Positions 47,399 through 57,069 of a stretch of 62,875 nucleotides of DNA are shown here, piece by piece (positions within the stretch are counted from its first letter, which is position 1; the number at the start of each line of letters is the position of its first letter). The stretch lies in IMG/VR virus record IMGVR_UViG_3300015245_000040, positions 1 through 62,875 of that record, one strand, 5' to 3'. The translations under genes were made by a program, and so were the position numbers. This stretch comes from a virus. Its lineage: Duplodnaviria; Caudoviricetes. The notes under the pieces were generated by a model, which was not told the DNA's origin, made no database searches, and worked only from the letters and a program-made list of their open reading frames with translations.

Positions 47399-47728
47399 AT
47401 GGCTGATCAAACTGAGTTGTTACATGAGTTGATCACTGAGTTGGGCGCGCGTCACGTGCTCACCATTGACGCCAACAACATGATTTTGGCGTACCGTGAT
47501 CAGGGTGAGTACAAGGGCAAGGCGTATGACAAATACCGGCTTGCCCCGTTTTACTGGTACGCCCGCGCTGCCGCGTGGCAGCAGGCCAGCGGCTCACTGG
47601 GCGTACCGTACGGCCGCAAGGCTGATTTGCTGGCAGGGTTGGTACGGGTTGCCGCTGATGACGCGGCCACTACCAAACTGTTGACGCTGCGGCGTGACAG
47701 TGACGCCAGCGCGGGCGCTGGCGTGTGA
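47399..47728 (+). CDS. Early hypothetical protein
   Basis: TGAAAGGGCAAATC-ATG; hairpin at 47735-47760 follows. Confidence 0.7.
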   Translation: MADQTELLHELITELGARHVLTIDANNMILAYRDQGEYKGKAYDKYRLAPFYWYARAAAWQQASGSLGVPYGRKADLLAGLVRVAADDAATTKLLTLRRDSDASAGAGV

Positions 47729-47857
47729 TAACAGGGGGGTGCTACCACCCTAGCACCCCCCACCTACAAACGCCTGTAACATACCTTAAAACCCCGTGGC
47801 GGGGCATGCCTTGCGCTGTAGTGCTCAACTCAGGGCATTACTGTTGAGGGCAAGCAA

Positions 47858-48229
47858 ATGGGTAAGTTACCCTGCATCATGATTTACCGTAATAGCAGTA
47901 ACAGCAGGTTCAACCTGACCCTACGGCTGCAATGCGGTCACGTGGCTATGTGGGTATACCCGTGGTCAATTGGCTTGACTGGCTTCAACTGGCCAGCCAC
48001 GGCTTACCGCACTGATAGTGAAAAAAGTTGTGGCTGTGAGTACTGTGATGACTTGCCGCCCGGTACGTGGGTTTTCAATGACAATACGCTCACCATACGC
48101 TGGCGTGGTTGGCGTCATGTTGACCGCACCCGGGGCGTACTCAATGATGACGGCACAGTCACATGGCGGCGTTATTGGCGTTGGCCCATTGAAGCATTCA
48201 GCCACAGTCAACATGACGCCAACTGGTAA
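47858..48229 (+). CDS. Early hypothetical Trp/Cys-rich protein
   Basis: TGAGGGCAAGCAA-ATG. Confidence 0.65.
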   Translation: MGKLPCIMIYRNSSNSRFNLTLRLQCGHVAMWVYPWSIGLTGFNWPATAYRTDSEKSCGCEYCDDLPPGTWVFNDNTLTIRWRGWRHVDRTRGVLNDDGTVTWRRYWRWPIEAFSHSQHDANW

Positions 48230-48236
48230 GGGGTTT

Positions 48237-48270
48237 TGATAGGTGGGCAACGCCCACCTATCACCATTTC
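48237..48270 (+). terminator. Intrinsic terminator
   Basis: TGATAGGTGGGC/GCCCACCTATCA hairpin. Confidence 0.6.
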
Positions 48271-48416
48271 ATTTTCAATGTCAAATCAATGTCAAATCGT
48301 AGGGTTTTAGGCTGGTTCTTATGATCCAGCTGAGGGAGGCAGAGGGAGGTCAATCTTTGATCTGAGCGAGGCCGAGGCAAAGAAGATTTAATGCATCTTG
48401 AGGGGAGTTGGGATCA

Positions 48417-48605
48417 TTAGATACTTTTTATCTTCTTCCCTGAGACGATATTGATCTGAGGGGAGGTGGGAGGATTATCTTCCCTGATTCTATCAAGAAC
48501 AATTAATCGAATAAACTCAGATACCGAGCGGCGAGCACGAGCTGCTGCCTCAAATATCCTGTCTTTCTCGTCCTTTTTCACTGAAACACCAATCTGTAAT
48601 GGCAT
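48417..48605 (-). CDS. Ribbon-helix-helix DNA-binding protein
   Basis: IGVSVKKDEKDRIFEAAARARRSVSEFIR; GGAGG RBS. Confidence 0.75.
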   Translation of the reverse strand: MPLQIGVSVKKDEKDRIFEAAARARRSVSEFIRLIVLDRIREDNPPTSPQINIVSGKKIKSI

Positions 48606-48674
48606 CTTACCCTCCTATTGACTCCTAATGAACCATATTATATGTTCGATAAGTTATACATATTTCTTAACACA

Positions 48675-49322
48675 ATGTCTAGGACTCATATTGAGATGAA
48701 AGACCTACAGACTGCCCGAGTTGGGGAACTTATCAATAAAATCAATTCATCTAGTAGACGAGCGATCATTGAAATCGGAGGTTACCTTACGGAGTTAAAG
48801 AAGATAGTGGGACATGGAAATTGGTTGCCTACACTACAGCGTGAATGGGGTTGGTCTGATAGACAGGCACAAAGATATATGAATGCCTTTGCCACATTTG
48901 GACCAAATACGTCACACGCGCCGGATTTGACCCATATAAATCTGTCAGACAAAACAATATTTCTTCTTGCAGCGCCATCAACTCCTGAAGATATAAGGAT
49001 TAATATCCTTAAACGTGTTGAGGGAGGTGAGAAGATCCGGTATACAGACGTTAAAGATCTTATTCCTAGCAAGAAAATACCTATTGTTAAGGAGGTCAAG
49101 CCTATAATATCCGAGTCCAAGACACCTGTCGTCCCATCATCTAAGCCTAAGATCGAGGTAATGGTACCGAACCCACCGTCCTATAACTGGGACACAGACC
49201 CCAGAACCCTAAAACTCAAGTCCGAGCGTGATCGTCTATTAAAAGACCAGGGGTTATTAGCCAAAATTCGTGCCTCTTTAGACGAATCTGAATGGGATTA
49301 TCTCATGTCCTTGGTTAAATAA
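48675..49322 (+). CDS. DUF3102-like protein
   Basis: IIEIGGYLTELK...HGNWLP.L..EWGWS.RQAQRYM; start uncertain. Confidence 0.7.
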   Translation: MSRTHIEMKDLQTARVGELINKINSSSRRAIIEIGGYLTELKKIVGHGNWLPTLQREWGWSDRQAQRYMNAFATFGPNTSHAPDLTHINLSDKTIFLLAAPSTPEDIRINILKRVEGGEKIRYTDVKDLIPSKKIPIVKEVKPIISESKTPVVPSSKPKIEVMVPNPPSYNWDTDPRTLKLKSERDRLLKDQGLLAKIRASLDESEWDYLMSLVK

Positions 49323-49440
49323 CATACGAATAAGGCCGATTACGGAGGTAAAAACCTTAGTAACTTGCATATCTGAACCATTATTTCTCGAGAAATTCCG
49401 TTCTCCAAAGAACACCAGAACACTCTTCATATGCTTCTAA

Positions 49441-49737
49441 TCAATACTCATACTGTGGTCTATACCCACTAGGCGCTTGGTACCTGTACTTAGGGGGAGG
49501 TGACTGTGATCTAGCGGGGTAGGCAACCCTGGGTCTAGGTGGGGCATAATACTCATAAGTCCCAGGCTTATAAACGTCCCCACAGCTCCTACTCCAATAA
49601 CAACTTGGTAACCTTTCCTGATAATCCTGAATAAATTCAATCCCTACCTTAACCTCACTCACATTGGTCTCACCTCCCTTATCTATATTCACAGCATTCG
49701 TAGCCATCAACACAACAATCCCTAACAATCTCATCAT
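49441..49737 (-). CDS. Hypothetical protein
   Basis: ORF with AGGAG RBS; an overlapping alternative frame exists. Confidence 0.35.
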   Translation of the reverse strand: MMRLLGIVVLMATNAVNIDKGGETNVSEVKVGIEFIQDYQERLPSCYWSRSCGDVYKPGTYEYYAPPRPRVAYPARSQSPPPKYRYQAPSGYRPQYEY

Positions 49738-49800
49738 GATTCAACTCCTTCCTATGGGAGGGCAGTGGGAAAACCTACTACCCCCTATTTCATTATTCTA

Positions 49801-51006
49801 CTACTTATTACCTTGCCCTGTAATCTTACCCATAAACTCAGTCAGGGAGGTGGGAAACCACCACAACGACACAGTATTTGGCACCTTACCATCCCACTTA
49901 TTTGATACGGTCCTGGTAGCCTCAGCTAGAGCCAGCGCCTGTAGAGTCTGTGTATGAGGTGCCATTTGTTGAGCAATCTCAGCTTCTTTTTGTGCCACAT
50001 AGCGTCTATTAATCACGCCCTGCACTGTAGGATCAAATGTAAACGTATCAGCCCACCCAATATACTCCAACGTTATCCCTACATTAATCAGGTAATTACT
50101 GGTCTTTTGTTCTATTTCCTTCATAATCTGTGCTGCCTGTGAATTCCCTTCATCAAAGCTTCTTTTCGTAAACTCATCACACACCAAAGACTGTACCTTG
50201 GACCTGATAGGTCCATCCATAACCTCATTCAATGATCTCCCATAGAAAACACTTGTGAAAATAACCTCTGGCTTAGTTCTATCACCCTGTGGTGGTTTTA
50301 CCCCAAACCTATATAAATATTTAGCTACATTTTCCTCAGAAACTGATGTCCCAATAGCAATCCCTACTGATAAGTTTAATCCTTCCTTTGACTGACACGG
50401 GAAACTCTCATCCTTTGTTGATGTCCCCCTATGACCTTGGCTTACCCATTCCCTGTTGAAGGGAGATCTGTCCACAATTATTAGTCTACCCGTCGGTACA
50501 TAAAAATCTGCCCAGAAAGCACTTCCTGAGAGTTTCGCATGTGGAACCGTAAATCTTTTAGCTGGAATCTTGTTCTGTCTTAAATATTCCTCACTTCCAA
50601 ACCCTGCCTGTGTATCCCTGTTATTCCCTACATCCGGTATGAAGAAAGCACTTTCATTAGGTAATATAAAATATGCTTCCGTATAATCCTGTTTATCATA
50701 ATATGCCTTTGCTGGGGTTGGAATAAATAATATCCCTATTAGAAATAATGGGATTAAGTTCCTGATAATATTTCTTACTGGTTTGTACCAGATCATTGTT
50801 AAAAGTGTTATCATTAAAAGTGAAATCGAGGTGGTAATCCAGGTTGGTAGCGTCATAAATACCTGAGATGTAATATAAGAACTATCACTGTTCTCAAACT
50901 GCTTCCCAGCAGCTTCTGCTGTTAAATTCGTCACATTCGATATTAAAACATTTGCTACCACCCAGAACGCTGTAACTATCAACGTCAGAACTAATCTCGT
51001 TTTCAT
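49801..51006 (-). CDS. Membrane protein with SPFH/band-7-like domain
   Basis: N-terminal TM helices; SKEGLNLSVGI, coiled coil, KWDGKVP end motif. Confidence 0.7.
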   Translation of the reverse strand: MKTRLVLTLIVTAFWVVANVLISNVTNLTAEAAGKQFENSDSSYITSQVFMTLPTWITTSISLLMITLLTMIWYKPVRNIIRNLIPLFLIGILFIPTPAKAYYDKQDYTEAYFILPNESAFFIPDVGNNRDTQAGFGSEEYLRQNKIPAKRFTVPHAKLSGSAFWADFYVPTGRLIIVDRSPFNREWVSQGHRGTSTKDESFPCQSKEGLNLSVGIAIGTSVSEENVAKYLYRFGVKPPQGDRTKPEVIFTSVFYGRSLNEVMDGPIRSKVQSLVCDEFTKRSFDEGNSQAAQIMKEIEQKTSNYLINVGITLEYIGWADTFTFDPTVQGVINRRYVAQKEAEIAQQMAPHTQTLQALALAEATRTVSNKWDGKVPNTVSLWWFPTSLTEFMGKITGQGNK

Positions 51007-51518
51007 CTATTCAACTCCTGCCAAGTTATTGAGGTAACTGTTTATTTTACCTGATCTTTGGCTGTTTATCAACCTGTTTCCTTTCATAAATCTGTCTGTA
51101 TCCTGATACCATCACAATAGGCCTCCATGATTTGATGATTGGGTTCTACTTCATAAGTTTCTAGAGTTCTGATACATGAGGTTGTTTCCTGGGTCAGCAT
51201 ATAACATCCCTGCTTCCAACAAATCAACAATATCAAGATATGTTCCATCGCCTATTTTCCTTTAGTCTGAACTATCCCCCTGGATGTCATCTTTTATTAC
51301 CAAGCCCCATAATATAGGTTTTTCTTCCTTAAAATATACTCAATCTTGGCATCCAGATACCTATCTATTGCTTCTACTTTGTCCTTACCTGTCACTTGTA
51401 AAACCTGGTCCCTTGCTATGGCAAGTTCCTCTTCACACTCCTTAATAGTTTTCTGTATCACCATCTTTGCTCTCCTTTTTGGTATCAGGGGGCTGTATTC
51501 CTACACCCCCCTCTGTTG

Positions 51519-51764
51519 TCACTTGTTCAACAAACAGTCCACCCAGGCAATCACTACTATCTTGCGGCAGTCATCATCACCATCCTTGATCATCTTATCC
51601 TGATACTTGCCCTCATACTCAAAGTCATTGGTCTCAAAAACCTGTTCCGGTTCCATATCAATAAACTCACCCGACAATCTGGTGACGTTAGGGCCTTGAT
51701 CTAACGTGACCGTGGCATCCTGATCACAAGTCTTCAATAACTCGATCAATTCCTTGACTTTCAT
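51519..51764 (-). CDS. Acidic early hypothetical protein
   Basis: MKVKELIELL...; TGAAAGGGTAAG RBS. Confidence 0.7.
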   Translation of the reverse strand: MKVKELIELLKTCDQDATVTLDQGPNVTRLSGEFIDMEPEQVFETNDFEYEGKYQDKMIKDGDDDCRKIVVIAWVDCLLNK

Positions 51765-51856
51765 GTGCTTACCCTTTCATCTGAACTATATACTATAAAT
51801 AATCAGGCTAGATCATACACCTTGTATCTGTGGGGTTTCAGCCCTTTTCCCTTTGT

Positions 51857-52162
51857 TTAGTCCATCCTTGATATGAGGTATGATCCATCCTTCTGAATAA
51901 TTGCTACCCAGGCATACTGGAATAATATAATTCTTTCTTGTCTAAGGTCTGTCTCAGCAATGGCCTTGGTGGGAGGATCACCTGGATACTTCAACGTCAG
52001 GACTGTTAAATCCAATGTAAACCCCGGTAATGAATGCCAACCCGAGATATAATTACTATTAAACTGTTCCTTGGCTGGCCTTGGATCATTTTCATCAAGA
52101 AAACTTGGGATGAATCCCAGCATTTCTATTGTTGCTTTCTGATGCAATAGTTTCCATATCAT
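51857..52162 (-). CDS. Conserved phage hypothetical protein
   Basis: LGFIPSFL...DPRPAKEQ...YPGDPP...SRMD; TGAAAGGGC RBS. Confidence 0.75.
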   Translation of the reverse strand: MIWKLLHQKATIEMLGFIPSFLDENDPRPAKEQFNSNYISGWHSLPGFTLDLTVLTLKYPGDPPTKAIAETDLRQERIILFQYAWVAIIQKDGSYLISRMD

Positions 52163-52216
52163 GTTGTTTGCCCTTTCAATGTAAAAAGGTGGTATTTCTA
52201 CCACCTTTATTAAACC

Positions 52217-52462
52217 CTATGCCTGCTTCAAAAATTCCCACACAGCAGCCAATGCCGCTGCCTCGGAATTAAACGGTCCATCCGTATAACTGAATGAACT
52301 TACCCACCACGGCCATGGTCCAGGGGGATCATTATCATTGATATCCTTCTGAGCTTGGCTTGGTTCCTGGTAAACACTGATAGTAGCCACAGCGTCATAA
52401 TCATCACTGATCATAATGTTCAGTGCTATGGTTTCTTTGATAATCTCTGAAACCGTTTTCAT
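52217..52462 (-). CDS. Early hypothetical protein
   Basis: AAGGGC RBS; WxW...GPFxSxxxA motif. Confidence 0.65.
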   Translation of the reverse strand: MKTVSEIIKETIALNIMISDDYDAVATISVYQEPSQAQKDINDNDPPGPWPWWVSSFSYTDGPFNSEAAALAAVWEFLKQA

Positions 52463-52580
52463 GTGCTTGCCCTTACTTTGATTTCAACCATACCAGTATA
52501 TTTATTTCATCAGAAATTGATAGGTGTTTCCTTTGATTTGTGTTGTTATTTGCTTGTCAACATATGAAAGGGCCAAAACC

Positions 52581-52937
52581 ATGTCACTGATCTTACCCCG
52601 TCGTAATTTCCTGATTGGCTTGGCTGCTGGGATTGCAGCCCCCTGTATCATTAAAACTGGACTGATGGATATCAATAGCCTGAGAAATAGGCTGGTGGTA
52701 GCTTTCAAATATAGGGGAAGCTCATCTATAAACTACCAGGAATCCCTGCTCAATATGAAGACCTTCATTTCCTCACTTGATTATGAAGTATGGAAATATG
52801 GCCATGAAGGAAATGAATATTCACTGCAGCGACGTGAAATCACCATACCCAATCATTACCTCAGAATCCCTGATACGAAATGGAGTTTAAAGCGAACAAT
52901 AGCTATTATCACCCAAGACTATAACCGTTCACTGTAA
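52581..52937 (+). CDS. Hypothetical protein with twin-Arg-like N-terminus
   Basis: RRNFLIGL; TGAAAGGGC RBS. Confidence 0.6.
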   Translation: MSLILPRRNFLIGLAAGIAAPCIIKTGLMDINSLRNRLVVAFKYRGSSSINYQESLLNMKTFISSLDYEVWKYGHEGNEYSLQRREITIPNHYLRIPDTKWSLKRTIAIITQDYNRSL

Positions 52938-53035
52938 TACACCACTTAACCTCAAGGGGGACAGTCATTGTCCCTCTTTTTATCTATTTAATTAATTCAG
53001 AAAACCATATATCACCTTTAACAGTGAGGTGATAT

Positions 53036-53794
53036 ATGGACCCAGATCAATTCCTTGATATGATCATTGATGATTTCTTCAGGTTCCTGGCCCTAGGGAT
53101 CATGATCTTCTTATTATATAAATGGATCATGTTCCTGGTTTCTATCTACCGTAATAAACTGTTGATCGATGCCTTTGCACTGCAAGTTTCAGATGAAATT
53201 ATCCGAATGGATATCAATTCCCCCATAGGACGGTCCGAGAAAATGCAAAATACCATGGCCCAATTTACTGTTGATGGATTGGCCCGTGTCATGCACGAAC
53301 AAGGTAATAGCCTCTTCTATTCAGGCGGTGATGAAGCTGAGGTCTTGTCTAAAGTAGCTGATGCTGTTCATTCTTATAATGAAAAGAAAATCAGTTCATT
53401 TCTATATGAACGAACTACACTACGTTGGTGTATTGACGGCCTTGATTCTTTAATTGGAGATCATTTTTCCATTGAAAGTGCCTGGTCTAAAGGGGTTCGT
53501 TACCTCAATAGGTTTATAGATGAAGAAAAACGTAATGATTTACCTTTTATCCCTAGTTATTTGAAACTACTTAGATTACCTCATAATTTCCATCACCCTG
53601 ATTTCAATGATCGTGCCAAGGTTGTAATGAACAGGTCTTCACCTAAGGGCTATTTAAGTCTATTTATTGCCTGTAAATTCTTTACTTATAGAAGTAAACT
53701 TCGTCTATTTAATTTAAGGGGTGAAGATGCGTGGAAAGAAATACGTCGGTTCAAAGCCTCAACAATAGATTATGAAACCCTGAAACGTGATTAG
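53036..53794 (+). CDS. Membrane-anchored hypothetical protein
   Basis: GAGGTG RBS; N-terminal TM segment. Confidence 0.65.
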   Translation: MDPDQFLDMIIDDFFRFLALGIMIFLLYKWIMFLVSIYRNKLLIDAFALQVSDEIIRMDINSPIGRSEKMQNTMAQFTVDGLARVMHEQGNSLFYSGGDEAEVLSKVADAVHSYNEKKISSFLYERTTLRWCIDGLDSLIGDHFSIESAWSKGVRYLNRFIDEEKRNDLPFIPSYLKLLRLPHNFHHPDFNDRAKVVMNRSSPKGYLSLFIACKFFTYRSKLRLFNLRGEDAWKEIRRFKASTIDYETLKRD

Positions 53795-54012
53795 GTTTTC
53801 TTTAGTTTCTCATGTAACCAGTCGGCTAGCGCCTGAGCTTGTTCCTTGTTTATCGTAATCATCGCACTTACATAATCATCTATTGCCCCACTTACTGAAT
53901 TAACTTCTACATAAAAGGTATCTTTTCCAGCGATAACCGTTAGATCATCGTCTGGGTTCTCATAACTGTCAATGACAATCTTATTCTGATTTACATCTAC
54001 TTTATTCATCAA
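53791..54012 (-). CDS. Hypothetical protein
   Basis: 73-aa ORF. Confidence 0.55.
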   Translation of the reverse strand: MMNKVDVNQNKIVIDSYENPDDDLTVIAGKDTFYVEVNSVSGAIDDYVSAMITINKEQAQALADWLHEKLKKT

Positions 54013-54029
54013 CCATTTCCTTCCATTTA

Positions 54030-54272
54030 TTAAGTATCATACTTGCCCCTCGATTTCTTTGGCCTGACATGATCAAAATCAGGGTTCTTCAGATCCAGAT
54101 CATAGTTCTTTGCTTCATTAAGGCGTTTAGCCAAATGAGATAACACATGATCTACTGTTATCCCACGTCCTTCCCAGATTACGCCATCAATAGCCGTGAT
54201 GGCTACTGCCGGAGTATGTGGATCTTGCTTGAACATCCCATCGTCGCTACCCCATATGACGATCAATTTCAT
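54030..54272 (-). CDS. Hypothetical protein
   Basis: 80-aa ORF. Confidence 0.55.
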   Translation of the reverse strand: MKLIVIWGSDDGMFKQDPHTPAVAITAIDGVIWEGRGITVDHVLSHLAKRLNEAKNYDLDLKNPDFDHVRPKKSRGKYDT

Positions 54273-54322
54273 TTATTTTCCCCCTGTTTGTTGGGGCTGA
54301 TATTTCTATCAGCCCCTGATTC

Positions 54323-54592
54323 TCAGTAACCGCCACGCTCAGCCCGATCAGAGCACGCATCACATCTATAGCCTTGTACGCGGTCAGCAGGGGTCAGGCA
54401 GTTCTCAGTGCCACACTCAGGGCACGGCAGATTGCGGGGGTTGTCAGGGGTGGCTGCCCGTAACGCCGAATTGCCCCCTGGGTCAGCGAACTGAGGTTCA
54501 TTTTCCCAGTTATCATCTTCAGAGTCATCATAGGGATCTTCATCATCAAAATTGTTCCAGTCATCCCCATCATAGCTATAAATGTCAGACAT
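54323..54592 (-). CDS. Acidic Zn-ribbon protein
   Basis: D/E-rich N-terminus; CPEC...CDAC; TGAAAGGGC RBS. Confidence 0.75.
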   Translation of the reverse strand: MSDIYSYDGDDWNNFDDEDPYDDSEDDNWENEPQFADPGGNSALRAATPDNPRNLPCPECGTENCLTPADRVQGYRCDACSDRAERGGY

Positions 54593-54651
54593 GGTTTTGC
54601 CCTTTCATGCTTGAAGGGCGGCAAACAATTGCCGCCCTCATCAACGGGTAT

Positions 54652-54897
54652 TCAGTCAAAGCAACACTTGGCAGCATCATTGGCCGCCTCACCCCGGCCG
54701 GCAAAAGGGCCGCTAGGCATGACAACGGTTTCAGGGCTGAGCGTGCCCGTATCGTCATCAACTGCCCGGTGCCAATACCAGCCAGTTTTCAGGTTTTGAA
54801 ACCGCTCATCAGATACTGCCCACGGGCAGCGGTCATGAGCAAAAACCAGGATTTCAGTGCCCTGACCGTCATCACTCAAAAGCCAGATATTAACCAT
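54652..54897 (-). CDS. Early hypothetical protein
   Basis: GWYW...GPF...A motif; TGAAAGGGC RBS. Confidence 0.65.
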   Translation of the reverse strand: MVNIWLLSDDGQGTEILVFAHDRCPWAVSDERFQNLKTGWYWHRAVDDDTGTLSPETVVMPSGPFAGRGEAANDAAKCCFD

Positions 54898-54956
54898 ATG
54901 CTTGCCCTTTCACGTGAAAAAATACCTTGCTAGTATTTCATAGCCCTATGGAAACA

Positions 54957-55250
54957 TCACTTGTAATCCCAGTTTGCAGTGGCCCAGTCTGACACCAAAC
55001 TAAAAGCTTCACGATAACAAATTTCTACGGTCTTGTAAGGACCACACCAACCATCAAAATCTTCATCACCATCCGGATCAGGCACTGGAACACCATTTTG
55101 ATCCACTTGCTGGTAATACCATGTATCACCCTGCTCTACAAATGAATGATGCTGTTCCAATAAGAATGACCATTTCCTGGTATAAGTATGAGGAAGTGCA
55201 GTGTGAATCCCTTCATTAATAATAATTGCTCGCGGCATCTCATACCTCAC
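54957..55250 (-). CDS. Early hypothetical protein
   Basis: WYY...GPY motif; start may be ATG 55241. Confidence 0.6.
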   Translation of the reverse strand: MRYEMPRAIIINEGIHTALPHTYTRKWSFLLEQHHSFVEQGDTWYYQQVDQNGVPVPDPDGDEDFDGWCGPYKTVEICYREAFSLVSDWATANWDYK

Positions 55251-55314
55251 TTTTAAGGGTTACTGGTGCGGGTTTGTGAGGGCTAGGGTTGTTATAGCCC
55301 CCACATGGTTTACC

Positions 55315-55518
55315 TTACCCTTGGGCCGCTACAGGGGCGTTTTCTGCCGGTGTGAGGGCCTTAATCAGCATATCAGCCAGCCAGTTTGCGTTCTGCGTGG
55401 TAGGCTCGTTGAGCATAGCCAGCGCTACACGGTTGATAAATTCATCAGAGGTCAAATAACCGCTATCATATTTGGTCAAAAAATCCTGACAAGCCAACAT
55501 CAGCAGTGATTGTTCCAT
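55315..55518 (-). CDS. Early hypothetical protein
   Basis: TGAAAGGGC RBS. Confidence 0.6.
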   Translation of the reverse strand: MEQSLLMLACQDFLTKYDSGYLTSDEFINRVALAMLNEPTTQNANWLADMLIKALTPAENAPVAAQG

Positions 55519-55596
55519 AAAACTTGCCCTTTCATGTGGTTGCCCTCAAAACACTGTTTATTGTAATGAGTTGCCTGGATCATTCAATGATTATCC

Positions 55597-55794
55597 TCAC
55601 TCATAATCATCTATAGTTCCATTGTTATTCAGGATCCAGTTCCTGGCATCCTGCAGTGCAGCCTCCCTGTTGACATATTTAAGCACCGACGTATCACCAG
55701 AACCTGCCAATCTGACACCTCTCAAGTTGGTCACTTCCCACATCCAATGTGATCCTGACTTCCATACCTTGAAATGCATCTTTATTTTAGCCAT
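55597..55794 (-). CDS. Early hypothetical protein
   Basis: TGAAAGGGG RBS before MAKIKM. Confidence 0.6.
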   Translation of the reverse strand: MAKIKMHFKVWKSGSHWMWEVTNLRGVRLAGSGDTSVLKYVNREAALQDARNWILNNNGTIDDYE

Positions 55795-55850
55795 GATTTT
55801 TCCCCCTTTCAGAATGCAAAAAGGCTGGCATTTCTGCCAGCCTTTGATTG

Positions 55851-56225
55851 TCATCCTGCGACATAGTCCTCATTCTCATAGTTCTCATCATAGGCTTCTT
55901 GCATGATCCCCATACCCACATTCAGGCTTGAGGTAAAAACATCAGCCATTTCGCTGCTACCCTCATTGCTGTCACCCACATGATCGGCAATGCTGACACA
56001 ATGGTAAAACATCTGCTGGGCCGGTATTGCCAGTATGACTGCAATTTCTTCACCGGGCTCCAGCCGTGGGCATATGAGAGTCAGTTCTTCACCCGTTTCA
56101 TGGTGAAATACCCAAACTGTACTGATCTGAGGGTTACCATAAACAAGTTTCCACCCCCTGGCTTCGGTCAGCATGATCTCACCATTTTCTTCACCCTTGA
56201 GTACCGGCATCTGGAACTTTGCCAT
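55851..56225 (-). CDS. Acidic early hypothetical protein
   Basis: AAAGGGC RBS. Confidence 0.65.
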   Translation of the reverse strand: MAKFQMPVLKGEENGEIMLTEARGWKLVYGNPQISTVWVFHHETGEELTLICPRLEPGEEIAVILAIPAQQMFYHCVSIADHVGDSNEGSSEMADVFTSSLNVGMGIMQEAYDENYENEDYVAG

Positions 56226-56345
56226 GAGATTGCCCTTTGGTTAGGTTCAACTAAGCCTCATTAGTATAATGATTTCAGCAGAAAATGATATTAATTTCTT
56301 GAAATTGCCCTCATACTGACAGGGTTCAAGTGAAAGGGCAAAACC

Positions 56346-56600
56346 ATGCAGATCAAAGCAGTCGTACCCCAGGGCCTGCCACCTAAGATGGGCGCTGAGT
56401 TCGTTCAGTTGGCCAAAGACGGTAAGGCCGATCTGGTTACCGGCGTGGGTAACAGCAAGATCTTCAAGTTCTTCAGGGGCAACCAGATCATTACCCTGAT
56501 GGGACTTCACCCTGATGGTCACGTGGTCAAGGCACGGCCGGGTGAGATTGACCGCCTCAAGGCTGACGCTGAGAAGGCCAAGGTTGTTGCTGCGGCCTAA
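56346..56600 (+). CDS. Early hypothetical protein
   Basis: TGAAAGGGCAAAACC-ATG; hairpin at 56605-56630 follows. Confidence 0.7.
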   Translation: MQIKAVVPQGLPPKMGAEFVQLAKDGKADLVTGVGNSKIFKFFRGNQIITLMGLHPDGHVVKARPGEIDRLKADAEKAKVVAAA

Positions 56601-56651
56601 ACTTGATAGGGGCTGTTTCCAGCCCCTATCACCCTAAAAAGGGGGGTTCTT

Positions 56652-56846
56652 ATGACTGTTGTCATCAATGACATAAAGCTTACTGAAGGGCAGATCATGG
56701 CTCTTAGGGTTGCTGTTAGCAGCCTTTACACCCAAATGGGGGAGCCTGACGCCTTAGGTGAGGATGAGCATGGTCGGGCTATGACTGCTGCCTATAGGGC
56801 CCAACTGGCTTTGATACTCAGGCTTATGGCAGGGGGTAAGGATTAA
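56652..56846 (+). CDS. Hypothetical protein
   Basis: 64-aa ORF. Confidence 0.6.
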   Translation: MTVVINDIKLTEGQIMALRVAVSSLYTQMGEPDALGEDEHGRAMTAAYRAQLALILRLMAGGKD

Positions 56847-56850
56847 TTCC

Positions 56851-57066
56851 ATGATTAAAGATGAAGAAGGGATTCCTTATGAATCATGCAGAATTACAAA
56901 TTTTGATAAATTGGATATCAGGGATGGGGTTATCCATTACAAACTTTACAATCAAGAAGGTGACTTAACACCTATGACCATCAAAAATACTTATGAGAAC
57001 CGCTTATTTGTCTCATGGGTGCAAATCCATGATCGTTACACAGTAACTAAGAAAATAGAGGAGTAA
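56851..57066 (+). CDS. Hypothetical protein
   Basis: 71-aa ORF. Confidence 0.55.
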   Translation: MIKDEEGIPYESCRITNFDKLDIRDGVIHYKLYNQEGDLTPMTIKNTYENRLFVSWVQIHDRYTVTKKIEE

Positions 57067-57069
57067 ACC

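Larger units (their letters stand above)
44744..48298. other. Island devoid of AGA/CGA/GGA and TCT/TCG/TCC
   Basis: Line-by-line reading: every GA is TGA and every TC is TCA between TCC at 44743 and TCG at 48297. Confidence 0.92.
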
